From: the human T2T-CHM13v2.0 reference genome, Homo sapiens
Length of the DNA: 64,000 nt
Assembly (NCBI RefSeq): GCF_009914755.1
Contig: NC_060947.1
Reading direction: 5' to 3' (one strand)
The notes under the pieces were generated by a model. The model was not told where the DNA came from. It worked only from the letters and a program-made list of their open reading frames with translations, and ran no database searches. Positions 48,760-63,399 of this stretch are shown piece after piece (positions within the stretch are counted from its first letter, which is position 1; every line of letters starts with the position of its first letter). The position numbers were made by a program, and so were the translations under genes.

Positions 48760-50180
48760 AGCTGTCACCCAGGACCTCAAAAACCTAATTACAAGAATCA
48801 GCGGACTTAGCTCGTGGAACCTCTCAGTCACATTTGATATTTGTGACTACTTCCTGCTATGTGACAATTGCGACTCCCTAATCCTCTACTGTCTACTCAG
48901 ACATGGCTTTCCTAGTTCTCCTCCGGCTTCTTTGACCATTCTTTCTCAGTCTCTTTCCCAGGCCCCTATTCTCCAGTATGCCCCTTAAATGTCGGGTCAC
49001 CTCCCCTACGGATGCTCTCCCTGGCTCTCTCAGCCCCTCCTGCGGCTTCCACCACCTCCTCTCAGCAAGTAAATTCCATGTAACCTCAGCCTGGGCTACT
49101 CCCCCAAGCATCAGCTAGTACAGACATTTACCCAGTGGTCATCATCAAAGACACTTCAAACCCACCTTGCCCCAAACAGAATTTATACTCCCAGACCACA
49201 CCTCATTGCTCCAGACCCACACCACACTTCATTTCAGCTTTATTTCTCCAGGGGTAACCCTACCATCCACCCAAGTTCCTGGCTAGAAACCTTTGCTCCT
49301 CCCTCTCCCTTGCTCCTCACATCTAATTAGTTACTGTGACCTGCCAATTTTACCTCCTTAATAGCTCTGGAATCCATCCCAAGCATTCCATCCCTACAAA
49401 CACGGCCGGAATCCAGGCCTTTATCATTTCTCTGCCACCAGAGTGCGTCCTCCTCGGACCAGCCTCCACACTACAGCCACTTAGACCTTTCCTGCAGACA
49501 AATCTGAGCATGTAATTCTCCAATTCAAATCTGCCAGTGACTCCCCACTGCCCCCAGAGGAGAGTCTAAGTTCCTGAGCCTGGCGCACAGGCCCTTGAGA
49601 TCCGGCCCCTGCTCACCTATCCCACCTCCCAGCCCTGGAAGGGATTGTGCTTTCATGCTATGCTCTATAGTCTCACCTTACTCTTCTGCTGGCAAGCTTC
49701 TACTCACACAGGCAGCTTGGTGGAGTGGTTGAGAGTGTGGGCTCAGGGCCCTGACTGCCTAACCAGGAAAGTCACTTATCCTCTCTGGGCCTCAGTTTCC
49801 CTATCTGTAAAATGGGGGTGAAGACTGTTTTTACCCCTTAAGGTTGTATTTCTCTTACAAGGGAATAAATTAGATCATGCATGTAAAGCACTTACAACAG
49901 TGCCTGACACACATGAAGCACTGTAGAGTGTTAACCACTATTTATTATTCCCCTTTAAGAACCAGTGCGGACAATACCGTATCTGTGAAGCCACACCCTC
50001 CTCTGAGACTACGTGCTCCTCTTCTGGCTCCTTCTGGGACTCTAGAGCCCTGGCTAACTTCTATCACAACACTTGAGACCATCTGCCTGCTGCTTGACCT
50101 TTCTCCCTTGCTACTTGATATCCAGGACTGAAGTCTACCCATATTTGCATCTCTAGCACCTAGCCCATGACTTTTCATAT
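48760..50180 (+). mobile_element. L2 relic (RT region to 3' end) interrupted by a MIR at 49705-49945
   Basis: ggaacctctcagtcacatttgata (DLS..FD-like); ccaattttacctccttaatagctctggaatcc; tttgcatctctagcacctagc. Confidence 0.8.
49705..49945 (+). mobile_element. MIR
   Basis: gtggttgagagtgtgggctc...cctcagtttccctatctgtaaaatggggg...atgtaaagcactta. Confidence 0.92.
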
Positions 50181-50189
50181 GGGCCTCAG

Positions 50190-50360
50190 ACTAGCCTGAG
50201 ATCAGTACTACAATATTATCATGTCCATTCTGCAGATGAAGAAATTGAGGCTCAGAGAGGTAAAGGCAATTTTCCAAGATCGCACAGCTAGAAATTAGCA
50301 AAACGTGGGTTTAAACCCAGATCTGCAGGATTCCGAACCCCACGATCTTTCTACTTTATC
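50190..50360 (-). mobile_element. MIR fragment
   Basis: cagatgaagaaattgaggctcagagaggtaaag. Confidence 0.88.
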
Positions 50361-51129
50361 TAACTCCTTGGGGGAGGGGAGTCTTGAAATCTTGTCCTAG
50401 AAGGAAAGATTAAAGAACTAGTGGATGCTCTGCCTAGAGGAGAGACAACTCAGGAGCAAGGACAATCCCCTCCCTTCCCACCCATCTGCCTGAAGCCTAC
50501 TGGTGCTGGTATGTGTGTTTCAATGTTGATGCCAATGCGTGTGTTGGACACGTGTGCAATGAGGTCATGCCAGAATGCTAGAGATGGAAACCTTCATCTC
50601 AGAGCCCCTGCTCACCTTTATATAGTTCTCCAGAGTTTACAAAATGTTTTTGCATCTCATCTCATCATTTGATCAGCCTCACGCACCTGGGATGTGGTAG
50701 TCATGCCCCAGACAGGGCAGTGAACTGCCGCAAGTCACCCAGAAGTGGCAGAGCTGGGACTCCAACATTTAGTCAATGCATAAAGTCTGCAGCAAGCCCC
50801 TTCCTTCCAGCAGGAAGCCTGAGGATTCTGAGACTGTGGCTGGGGAAGTTATTCCCCCAAAGAAAAGGGATGTGAATGCTGGGTGTGGCCCAACCTAGAG
50901 AGAGGACAGGCGAGAGAGAAGGTCTCTCAGACTCAGGGTTCCCATCTGCAAATGGAATAACACCCCCACCCTCACATGGTAGGCGTAAGTCTCAAAAGAG
51001 ATGATATACGTAAAATGAAACAAATGCCTGGTCTGTCCTAAGCACCCAACAGATACCACACTGCAGCTTAACTCGTGGAAAGCTTGTTTGAAACAGTGGC
51101 AAAGGTGTTCAAGGAAAGCCTGCCTGTCA

Positions 51130-51572
51130 AGAATTAGGCAGAGCTGGGTTTTGAAATGCCATCTCTGCCCCTTACCAACTGTAGGGCCTTAAGAAAGTCA
51201 CATAAACCCTCCAAGTTTTTGCTGCCTCATTTGTAGGATGGAGACAATGAAGTCTACCTGACAGAATCGTTGTGAACGGCCACATGCGAGTATGTGTGTA
51301 AAATGGCTGACACAGGAGCTGGCACTAATAGAGTCATTATTATTGTTCTCACAGATTAGATGGCAGAGCCAGTGATGAAGACTCTGGAGCCATACCACCT
51401 GGGTTCTAAGCCCAGCTTTATCTACTAGCTATGTGACCCTCAGCAAGTCACTTCACTTCTCTGTGCCTTGGTTTCTTCAGCACACGTACGGTTGGGATTA
51501 AATAAGTGACTACATGTCAAATGCTTCTGGCAAAGGGTACATGCTCTGAGTGTTGGTGAGCATTGTTATTAT
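51130..51572 (+). mobile_element. Two tandem MIR copies
   Basis: cctcatttgtaggatggag...; gactctggagcc...ctgggttctaagcccagct...ctctgtgccttggtttc. Confidence 0.85.
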
Positions 51573-52254
51573 CAGACAAAGGCCCGAGAGGCATGAAATA
51601 GTGTCCCTCTTCTCCCAGGGCATCACATCCCCTTCGTGAACAAAGACATTAGTTGAGGCCAGTTTGAACAGATTAATGGGGTTCCTTTCATTCAGCTTCC
51701 TAAAGGCATAAAATGACCCCTCCTGAGCTGGGGCCCTGCTTGTAAGGATAACTGTGTGCAAGCCAGTCTTCAGCCAAGATGCCCTAGGCTGTCCCCCAGA
51801 TTCAGCCAGAACTGTCCAGAGTCCTTGCAAAGGGCTTTGTTGGGCTCGGAGAGCTCAGAAAACATTACCTGCTATCCCTCTCCCTTCTTGGGAGGCCAGA
51901 GGTGGCCGTTAAGGAATAGATCCACCGTTCACACACCTAACTCTGGCCCCCACGGCTGTGGGCGGTAGGGGCTTGGCTACGTGGGCTCAGCAGCAGCAGG
52001 AGGACCGGGTAGGGCAGAGTTGGGGGCCAACACCTGGGGTCCAGGCCCAGGCGGTGGAGGGCCGACAATGCTGCCTGAAGTTCCTGTTCTGGCTCCATTT
52101 ACAACAGGCTTCCTGGAGTCACGGTGCATTTTCCCAGGCGCCTGCTCTCGGCTTTCATAGCTGCCTCCCACCACCCAGACCCAGCTAGGCCGGCCTTAGG
52201 GCACCCAGAAGGAAGCAGGAGCCCAAGTACTGGCTCACTTGGGTCAGTGCTTGG

Positions 52255-52800
52255 GCTGGCTAGCCGCGGCTTTCACATACAACTCCGCAGCCGCGAGGAG
52301 ATGACCCCTCCCCTCCCCATCCCCAGGCCAGCCCGGCCCCGCCCCGCCCCCAGTGCCGCGTGGAGGGAAATCAGGAGAAGCCGAGGAATTGTTTGTAATT
52401 ACTGTGTTTTTAAAGGCTTTTCCGTGAGCCTTCAGCCGATTTCGGGGGAGGGCAGCTTGCCAGGGAGCATTGAAATGGAAATCCTGTGTTCTAGCCGGGA
52501 CCCTCTTGGAAGGAGATTCTTCCCAGAGAAAAGACCAGAAGCCCCGCCCCGTCCCCCGGGTCCCCCGTGCGCGGCTGTGGTCATGGCGGGCTCAGCGATG
52601 TGTGGCGGCTTTGTGGAACGGCATTCCTGGCCAACGGGCCTCAGCTCTGCCTCGGGACCCCACCATTCAGCCCCCGCATGAAAGGCCGCTGCCCGGGCCC
52701 GCAGCTCCCACTCTCCCCCACCCCAAGGACGCACCCATTCACCTCCTCTCCCCACCGCAACTCCCTTTCCCCCACTTTCCCCAAACGGGAGGCGCTAGCC
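52255..52800. promoter_or_regulatory. Weaker CpG-island-like segment with GC boxes
   Basis: About 35 CpG in ~540 bp by hand count; CCCCGCCCCGCCCC at ~52337-52351. Confidence 0.7.
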
Positions 52801-53369
52801 ATGGAACATGGCACATCCAGGGCTACCTCCTCCCAAGTTACCCAGAGGTCATGTGTACAAGCAGCAATTCTAACAACAGTCCCTCAGGCGTGAGCGGCAT
52901 TTTACAGTTTGCAATGCCTTTGCACATCCACCAGGCCAGTTACTCCTCGTAGCAACCCCGCTAGGAGCTTCTATTATTATCAGTTCTCAAATGGGGCTGG
53001 GGGAGGGGAAAGCCTTGCCCAAGGCCCCTGGGCTAGCAACTCAATAGAGCTGGGCCTAACCCAGGGGTCTGCAGGATGTCTCCTTCCACCCCCACCCCAG
53101 GCTGCCTCTCCCACACGCTGGCTGACACGCAGGCAGGACTGTTCTTCTGGTGCAATCCCTGGGCCTTGTGGTCTGGGATCATTTCCTGTGGCCTAAAGTA
53201 CTTATTTGCAAGTTGTAAGGACTGCCCGGTTTCTGGAAGCCTGGCTGAATGCTTCCAGCTGGGAATTTAACCTTCTCAGACCCAGCTGTGGATCTTGAGA
53301 GCTCTCTTAGTTCCCAACCATTTTCCTGGAGCCCCCTGAGATAAATTAGTTGTGTCTGGGTGGGGACAA

Positions 53370-53770
53370 TGGAGGAGTACTGGACTGGGATCCAGAAGAC
53401 CTGGCCTGGGCCTGGCTCTGACACCCACTTGCTCTGTGACCTTGGGCAAGTCCCTTCACCTCTCTGATCGCAAATCAAGGCTTAGAAAGTGTGCTTCCCT
53501 GCCTGAGTTTGCAAGCCCAGCCTCTTGTTTTCACTGGAGCATGAATGGAATTGACCTTCCCTTACGCAGCTCCTCCACAGCTCAAGGTCTTGTGAGAACC
53601 TTGGAATTGTTGCACATGAGAGCTGATTAGGTAGGCCCCTGAAGATAGTGGAAACCACTTCCCCCATCCTCCAGCATCGGATAGATGGGCAAACTGAGGC
53701 ACAGGAAAGGGGAGCCAGTTGCTCAAGGTCATCCAGGGAAGCTAATAGTAAGGTCAGGATTAAAATCCAG
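53370..53770. mobile_element. MIR fragments (+ at 53370-53470, - at 53635-53770)
   Basis: ctgtgaccttgggcaagtcccttcacctctctg; atagatgggcaaactgaggcacag. Confidence 0.8.
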
Positions 53771-54397
53771 ATCAACAGTGGTGATAACAAAGGTAGTGTG
53801 AGAGATTTTAGCTTCCTATAATTTTCCACCACTTCCCCAAGACTTCCTTTTATTCACATTTTACACATTATTATTATATATTATTAATTATAACATTAAA
53901 AATAAATGCATAGTTAAAATCCTGTGTAAAATGTTTATAAAGTTATCTTCAGAAAACTTTCCTATTTTTATGTATCTGTAACACACATCCTCTGAGCGTA
54001 TACAGTGTTTGCTCAGCACTTGCAGCCTCAAGGGACAGCTAACCTCCCACCAGATCTCTGCTGCCCTCAAGGCCCTCCTATAGAGAAACGATGGTGGTGA
54101 CTCAGTAGATATGGGCCCCTTGCACTCTTCCCAGAAGCCTCCTGTTTGTGTTTGGGAACACACAGCACCCGTGGGTACCTTCTTTTGGCCCAGGACCCCA
54201 CCCCTCCTTAACTAGGGGAGGCTTCTCAGACAGAGCCCCACCCTCCTCCACTTCTGCCCTTACATTGGTTCTAGGAAGACAAAAGTACAAGGAGGAGAGT
54301 CCAAGATTTGCAAAGGAATAAAGAAAGTTTCATGGATGTTTCAGAGGTGACTCTGCCTGCCTTTCCCTCATGTCCTCCTCCTTCATAAAGGAAGCAA

Positions 54398-54689
<292 letters not shown>

Positions 54690-55802
54690 TAAAGGAAGCA
54701 TTTCTGAGCCTTCCTTAGTCCATAGAACATCAAGGAACTACAGCATGCTACAGCTCCAATAAGCCCTTAGACATCTCCAATTCAACCCTCTCAGGTTACA
54801 GATGAAGAAACTGAGGCCCAGAGAGGGGGCAGGGACTGAGAAACCTAGCATAAGACTGAAGACCAGAAACCTCTTCTGCCTGCACAGCCAATATTTTCCC
54901 ACTGTCCCCTGTACCCTGCTGCCTCCTGCATACACGTACAGGCTCACCCGTGTGTGTGCTAATGCAGGTTGACGGCTGCTGGGAGGGTCACACATGGAGC
55001 CACACACCAGCCCATTCACTCTGACACATACCCCAGCTGGCCGTCCCCAGATACACACTCCACCATCCCCATTCGCCCACTCGCCTGCAACTGCCCATCC
55101 CATCCCCTCCTCACCATCCCCTCACACAGGCGCACCCACACTGATTCACAGGCCCCTCCCCGCTGGCTGCCCTGGGTCTCCCTTTGTTGATATGACTACC
55201 CACAGCTGCACAGAGGAGGTGCTGGGGCAGAGGAGACAGGGAGGGGTGTGTGGAGCGGGGGTTGGGGGAGTCGTATGAATGTAGACTGGATCCAGAAGGC
55301 TCCGGCTGGGAGACATGGGGCTCAGCCACACCTTGGATAGAGCAAAGCAAGGGGAAGACTCTCTAGTGTTTGGAGAGGGAACGGGAGACAAGGGCTAAAT
55401 AGCCCACGCAAGGTAAGCTCAGGAGTGGAGGGGCTGGAGCCCCATTCTGACAAAGCTGGGATGAGGTCCTGGAAGAGTAGCCTGGCAGCCATCCAGAAAA
55501 TGTCAGTTCGGGGGCCACTGGACATTAGTCTAGACTGGAGGTAGGCAAGGGATGGAAGCTGGGGGCAGCCTCTCTAGAGCTTGGGGAAGAAATTGCTGAG
55601 CTGGAGAGAGGCCAGGCAGAGGTCCCCAAGCAAAGAGCTATGAATTTGATAAGTCTCTTGGGCTTTATGAGATTGGACATTGCCTGACACCCTGTGGGTG
55701 GCAATCTATGATTATTAGATAAATGAATGAGTGAGCTCTGTCACGCTTTGCCATTGTCATCACAATGGCCTGGGCCTGAGCCCACCACACAGCCCTGGCT
55801 GA

Positions 55803-56292
<490 letters not shown>

Positions 56293-59200
56293 TAACCTCT
56301 CCCCCACTCTCTTAGGTGAGGAACCTGAGACTCAGACTGGGAATGAATTTTCCAAGATCCTGCAGCCCACTGGTGACAGGGCTCAGCCTGGGGCATGCCT
56401 TGCTCACCCAGTTCAGGCAGCTTACTGCTTCTCCTAGCTCCCGCCTCTGAGCTGCCTCAATCACAGCACTCTCAGCCGCTGAAGTCTGCAGACAGACGCT
56501 TGGGAGCCTTGACCCAGTGGCTTCTGGGCCTGGGAGAGATGTGAAGAAACCAGGAAGGATAGAGAACATATAAAGAAAGAGGAGAGATGAACTTCTCTTG
56601 GGGGAGCAGAGGAGGAACTACCGGGTCATAAGTAGAGTTGTGCATCTAGGAGACAGATGTCCATTCCAGCCCTTTTCTGCCACTCTGATGCCACTGAGGT
56701 TGAGCCAGTTGTTCCTTACTCTCAAAAAGTCCACAGGGCAAGGTTTGTGTTCCCCATACACCACACTGTGTGCGCCCGCATGCACACACACACTGATGCA
56801 CATGCACAGAGCTCTAGGGGGGATCTATCCTATTATATGACAGAGGCAATGGTTATAAAGACAGTCTCTGTCCCTCCGTCTCACAGTAGGGCCTAGCATT
56901 GCAGTTAGAAGGGAAGTACTGGGTGGCTTGGGGGACAAAGGCCCTTGGATTCCATACACCCCCGATGGATATTTTTCTTGTTAACACACAATGCTGCTTG
57001 CATAACTGGAACTGGCTAGACACTGTGAGAAATGTTTAGTACTTGGGAAAAAGCAGGAGGAGGAATAAACAGCCACATAGCCATAGGGTCCCAGGGTCTG
57101 CTTTCCCAAAGATGGCCTGCTACCCCTACCCTCCCACATTCCCATGAATGGGGTCCTGGAAAGGAGGCTGCAAGGAGGGAGCAAGCGCTCCTCTCAGCCA
57201 CATCGAATGGCCCACTAGGTATGCAGGGCTTGTCTCTTTGCACAGAACCCAAGGTTCTCTGTGGCCTCTCATCTTTTTGCCCAGCTGACCTAGCAGGACC
57301 CTCTGGTCCTGGATTCTGGTCAGATCCAATCTCTAGGCTGGGTCCAGGCTGGGTGAGCAGCAGTTGGACAACTGTCAGGGCCCAAGCTGAAGGGATGTCT
57401 CCACACGCCTAATAAGGTCTATGTAGAAAAACCAGTTGTTTCTATTCAACCCAAGCTTCAGTCTTGGCCCTAATTCCAGCGATAAAGCAATCTCTGAGAC
57501 GGTAAGCAGTGGCTTAAGGATGTGGGAGAGATGAGGGGGAGATGATCAAAGAAAACTGATTTTATCAGATGATTTGGGAAAACTTCTTTGGCAAAAATGT
57601 GGTCAACTCCTTTGTCCCCTCAGCTGGCCCCCTTAGCGTTGTCAAATGCATAGGCCTTATCTTTAAATACAGGGCTAGGATGAAAGGACAAGGGAAAATG
57701 GGCCCAGATGCCTCAACCCAAGTCTGAAAGGAGATGCGTATGGGTACGTGTACAAGGCCAATGAGCAAAGATGGCATGATGCCCGTCCTCAGCCACCAGG
57801 GCCAACCCATATGAAAACCACCTTCTTGATGCTTCCCTGGAGCGAACAGGCCCAAGGGTAAATGGTCCTCAGAAACTGACATTCTCTCACTGTAGGCTTA
57901 GGGGTGGGGAGGGTGAGAAACATTGTATCCCCTGGCCCCTGCTCCTCAGTTCTTTTGCAGACAGAACTTCCTGTTGCCATACCCTTAATCCTTTTCTGGA
58001 GGCAAGACTTCCCAGAACTTCATTTTCTTCATGCCCACCTCTGCCTTTCCCATTACCTTTTGGGAGGTGGACTCCTTGAAAAGACGCCATGCTAGGCCCC
58101 AAGTATCCCATTCCAATTCTCATTCTGCCTGCCCCCTGGAAAATGGGTAAGGGGGATCTGGTGACTGGAACCCCTGGGTCCTTAAATGAGAAGCATGTTT
58201 GTTTATAGCCAGAAGAAATTCATCCCTACTCCCACCCCCTCCCACGTCTGTGTATATGTCTCAGAAGTTCCTGCCACAGCCTCTGCACCAAGCTGGCTGG
58301 GGAGGTGGGGTCCCCTCCTCCCACTTCTCCCAACCTTCCCACCCCTGGATCCCCGAGAGGCGGGGCTGAGGCAGCTGCCACATTCAGCGTGGCAGAGCCG
58401 CTAGCTCAGTACAAATCAGAAACACATTGGAGGCAATGCAGGCCGGGCGGGGAGCAGACAGGCCAGGGCTGGGGCCCATTAAGGCCGGAGCCCGGCCGCG
58501 CTGTTTACCATCTCAGCACAAGGTTTCAGGTTTGCCTCTTGATTGTTTGTTTGTTTCAGAGATGAGAAAGGCCAAGAAGGCAGCTGACAAGGACCATGGG
58601 GGGCATGGCGGGGAGGGGGTAAGGAGGCCCTGGCTCTCACAGGTTCTCCCCACCCTGCAACTCACCAAGTGTAGGAGAAGCAAGCTGCCTCTTTTCCCTA
58701 CCCCCACCCCCAAATTTCAACCAGATGTGCAGTCAGATTCTTCCTCTCTTGGTTAGGGGAAACAAAAGAAATTAAAAATGGGACCCTAGAGACACCACTT
58801 TCAAAAGAACCCTAATATAAAGAAGGGATGAAAGGGAGACACAGGAAGGACTTCCGGAGGTGCAGGTGAAATGGGAGAGGTGAGGGGGGTAGCTCACCCC
58901 TTCCCCGAAAGACAAGTTCCTAAAGATTCCTATCTGGGGTTGGGTGGTTGCAGGGAGGGTGGTGCTGCCTGGAAGGATGATTGCTCTGGGAGGTCCCACT
59001 GAGTCTCAGATGTAAAGGATTCAAAGATGTCCGCAGACATGAATAGAGTCGATACATCTTGATTCAGTGAGTCCTGACTTAATCAGGGCTGGCAGTAGAG
59101 ATCCTGGAGCCCAGCCCTTCGCCGAGAGACAGAGACTCTGAGGCCCAGGGAGGGGAAGGCATTGCTCAGGATAGCACAGCAGATCAGGTTCTGGACAAAG

Positions 59201-60080
59201 CCTGCATCAGAGGCCTGCTGGCTCCCGGTCCAGTGCTCTTTTCATTTTGTGCTGCTCCCCTTGCTCAAGTGTCGTGATTTTGTAGGAAAGCAGATTCCGG
59301 GCTTCTCTCACCCAGTCTCACCCCAGCTCTAAACTAGGGTCTGGGTGTTCTCTTTCAGGGGATCTCCGCAAAGTCTGAAAGTTCTCTCTGGATTTGCTCT
59401 GCAACCGCAGCTGCCTGTGAGGGAGTTTCTACTAGTGCTTGCCTCTTCACCCAGACCAGTCTCAAATACCCACAGTTGATTGTGAACAGCGTTGCCAAAT
59501 GGTGAGCACTTGAGTTTAGGTGACTGGGCCCATGACCTTGTTTCTGGAAGCAGAGCTTCCAGCCTGCCACTGGCTAGTCCAACCCAGGCTACCAAGAATT
59601 TCATGCCCAGCACTGTTCAGTCCCTACTCGGCTCCTCCCTCATCTCAGATCTGTCTGCCTCCTTGCCAAGTCTGTTGTAAACCTGGTCTCCTTCCATGCC
59701 CACCAGAGGCCAGGCTGAGGGAGTAGAGACCCTCTGGTCTAATCTGTAGCTGTCTCTGGATGCTCTCTGGACTCCTGGAGGGACCTGGAAAGAGATGGTC
59801 CCCACAACATATACATACTTGCACACATACACTGTTTCCAGAAGCATCTGGTGACGGCTGTCCTTCCACTTGTGCCTAGGGGGCTGGCTAAGCCTCACCC
59901 TACTGTTAAGACTACCAGCCTTGCAGTAACCCATGGCCCATTGTCTACACAAAGCCCTTGCCCCAAGGGGCTTTGAAAACACCTGTGTTGGTGTCCATGC
60001 CAACAGTGCTAAGGATCAATGCTAAAGAACAGGTTTGGGGAGATGGTGACCAAGGAGATTAGATTCTCTTTCAGTGACCC

Positions 60081-60084
<4 letters not shown>

Positions 60085-60137
<53 letters not shown>

Positions 60138-60140
60138 CAT
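60085..60140. repeat. Compound (TC)n(AC)n microsatellite
   Basis: Direct reading. Confidence 0.95.
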
Positions 60141-61154
60141 GCACAAACATCCTCCTCATTCCTCTCTCTCTCTTTCCCCCCTCACTCCCCATTTCTCTTT
60201 TTTCTTGCAATAAATTCTAAACAGATGGGCAAGTCTTCTACCCCCACTTCTGAAGCTGAGAGGGAATATCAGCCATGGGGGAACCAGAAATCACTCCCTT
60301 CCTCGGACTGGATCATCCCAGCCTCTCTGGGCCTCCCTTTCCAGTGTCTCATGCCTCACTGGATTAGGCCAGATATTACAAAGTATTTCCTTAGTCCTTT
60401 TTGTTCTGTGTCTACTATTGACACTTGTGCTTTCCTCGCTGCAGGGCCTTAAACATAGTGGGGGGTGAGGAGGAGGGAGGGGGGAGGACACACTTTCTAG
60501 GATTCAGCTATCTGAAGGGCCAGACCCAGGCTGCAACCCTATTATCACGGGGGAAGAAAAGCTAAACTCCTGGGCATGACTGAGAATATCAATGGAGTGT
60601 CGTGTCTGCCTATACAAGCTCTCTAAGCCTAGAGACAAGCACAAACAGAAACAGCAGCATTTGGAGCAATCAAGTGCTGCTTCTTGCTTTGCAGCAAGAG
60701 CTGGGTCTTGTTATTTGAGCTATAGACAGAGGGATTTCTATGTCTCCATGTGATTTTCCCTCTCAGCGCCAAGGCCCAGAATCCCTATGCATAGGCAGGG
60801 CTGGGACAAAGCCTCTCACATCTCAAAGATGTTCCCAGAATGAGCAGCGGAGACAAAGTTGGGCTGAGCTACCTGGTTTCTTCGGCCTGCAGCCCCTTAT
60901 GGCTACAGCTGTGGCCACAGAGCCAGCACCCTGGCCCCTGGGGTTGACCTTTAAACTCAGCTGAAGCTTCACCTGGACTCTTAGACCCCTGGCTTGGGTG
61001 TCATCATCACCTGCAACTGGTTTCACAGCAACTTGTGCCTCTGCCTTGCACCCCAGATCCAGCAGCTAACCCCCAAGCTTATCTGTCTGGGCCCATCATA
61101 GGACTATGGAAGGTTGCCATAAGAGGGGCACAATCGCTACTTGCTTCTCTGACA

Positions 61155-61390
61155 AGTAATAATAGCAATGATAACTAACACCTTTCGAATGCTTGCTATG
61201 AGCCAGGCACTGTTCCAAGAGCTTTATATGTATGCTATGACATAGAAACTCAGCATTACTCTCATTTGACGCGAGAGACCTGAGGCACAGAGAGGTTGAG
61301 TAACATGTCTAAGGTCACACAGCTAGCATGTATAAGAAGTGGAATTCAGCCGAGTATAAAGATCATGCCCTCAAGCACACAATCACTGCC
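61155..61390 (-). mobile_element. MIR
   Basis: ctatgagccaggcactgttcc...tgaggcacagagaggttgagtaacatgtctaaggtcacacagctag. Confidence 0.9.
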
Positions 61391-61683
61391 TTCCAGGGCT
61401 GCTGCCCTGTCTTCTCAGTCTTCCCAGGATTGCAGTCAGGCCTCCAAACCCCATGCCCTGTGGCTATTCTTCAATTGGCTGCCTATCAGAGTCTTACCAG
61501 ATGCCAACCACCTGCCTGATACCTCCCCAACCCTCCGACCCTAGGCTCGCTTGCCTTCCTGCCTGCCAGGCTGGGCCTTGTCTTCTTGCCATCTGATGGG
61601 ACCTTCCCCCATTACCTGCCCTGCTCTATCTAGGGCATTTCTTCAGAACTGACAGCATTGTTACCTCTGCTGGAGATTTAGCA

Positions 61684-61998
61684 TGGTGCAGTCCAATAGA
61701 AATATAATGCGAACCACATATGGAATTTTCTAGTAGCTCAGTTAAAAAGTTTTTTCTAAAAAACAGGTGAAATTAATTTTAGTAATATATTTTATTTCAC
61801 TCAATATATCCAAACTATTATTTCAACATGTAATCAATATAAAAATTATTAATGAGATGTTTTACTTGTGATCTTCCACAGTAAATCTTCAAAGTCCAGA
61901 GTGTATTTCTGCTTCCAACACATGTCAATTCCAACTAGGCACAGGTCAAGTGCTGACTAGCCACAGGTGACGAGTGGCTACTGTATTGAACAACACAG
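61684..61998. mobile_element. hAT-Charlie MITE (MER33-like), full length
   Basis: Ends tggtgcagtccaatagaaatataatgcg ... gtggctactgtattgaacaacacag; degenerate 8-bp TSD atttagca/atctagaa. Confidence 0.9.
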
Positions 61999-62084
61999 AT
62001 CTAGAAACAGAGTGTGGACCTGGAGGGACCCAGAGTACAGAAGATAACGAAAATAATGCAGAGGCAGGGTTGGTATACTGTGCA

Positions 62085-62260
62085 AGGGAAGCAGGAAGCG
62101 GGAGGGATATTGACTTGGGAGCTAAGAGTCCTGGGTTCTACTCTTGGTGCTGATGCTACGTGACCAGGGAGCTTGAATAAATACTTCACCTTCTCTAGAT
62201 ATTACAACTATATTACAATGAGAAGATTGGCCTGAAGACTCTTCCAGCTTGAACATTCAA
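62085..62260 (+). mobile_element. MIR/MIR3 fragment
   Basis: gagtcctgggttctactc...acttcaccttctct...cttccagct. Confidence 0.6.
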
Positions 62261-63083
62261 CCACCACCGCCTCCTATCTCCCCACACACCGAGGATATCT
62301 AGTTATTAGTAAAAACAGGAAGTCCAGTAAGTGATGCAGTTCTCAGGAAGCAAGATGAGCACTGGTAGAGCCCCATTTCTCCAGACCATAAAAGTGTGGC
62401 CTCTTCTGGAAATATCCCTGGTTTTGTGGAACTTGGCCCTTCACTCCTCACAACCAAAGGACACTGAAACTCGGCCTTGGACTGTCACAGATAGACACTT
62501 AAATCAATGCAGATTCAGGTCACCTTTCCAACAACAGGAGCAGTTTAAGCACAAGTCAGCCCAGGGGTATATCAGGCAGTCAGTTCTCACCTTTTTGAGA
62601 ACCCTCCTGGCTCAGTGTTTCTCAGTCTTCATTCATGGGCATCCACCTCCACGTTCTATGTACCCCATATCAACCAAAAAGGTTTTGATACAAGCTTGAC
62701 TTTCCGGAGGTCAGATCACGGGGAAGAAAATAGGTATCTTGAATCTGCTTCTACAAACTACACATGCCCTTGGGAATTCTGTAATCTACCACCACCACAT
62801 CCCTACCTCCTGACCAAGCTCACAGTCATTGGCCTAAATGAAAACACTTTTTCCATTAGAGAAGTGTTTTTAGTAGGGTTCTAATCCTGAGATTTCAGAA
62901 GACAAGGGAATTTTCCAGTGATTTGGGCTAGTTATAATCCACTTGGAGCCATGTTGGCCTATTAGAATTATTATTCTAAAGAAAATATAGCCTGCTTAAA
63001 GTTATTACTGGAGTAGCCTTATCACCAAGGTCAAATGTAGAATGAAAATAAGTATTCTACTTCCAGTTCATAAAAAGAAATAA

Positions 63084-63399
<316 letters not shown>

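Noticed and set aside
52124-52952. Overlapping 185/160/108 aa ORFs
   Set aside because: Multiple frames open due to high GC; no coding signal
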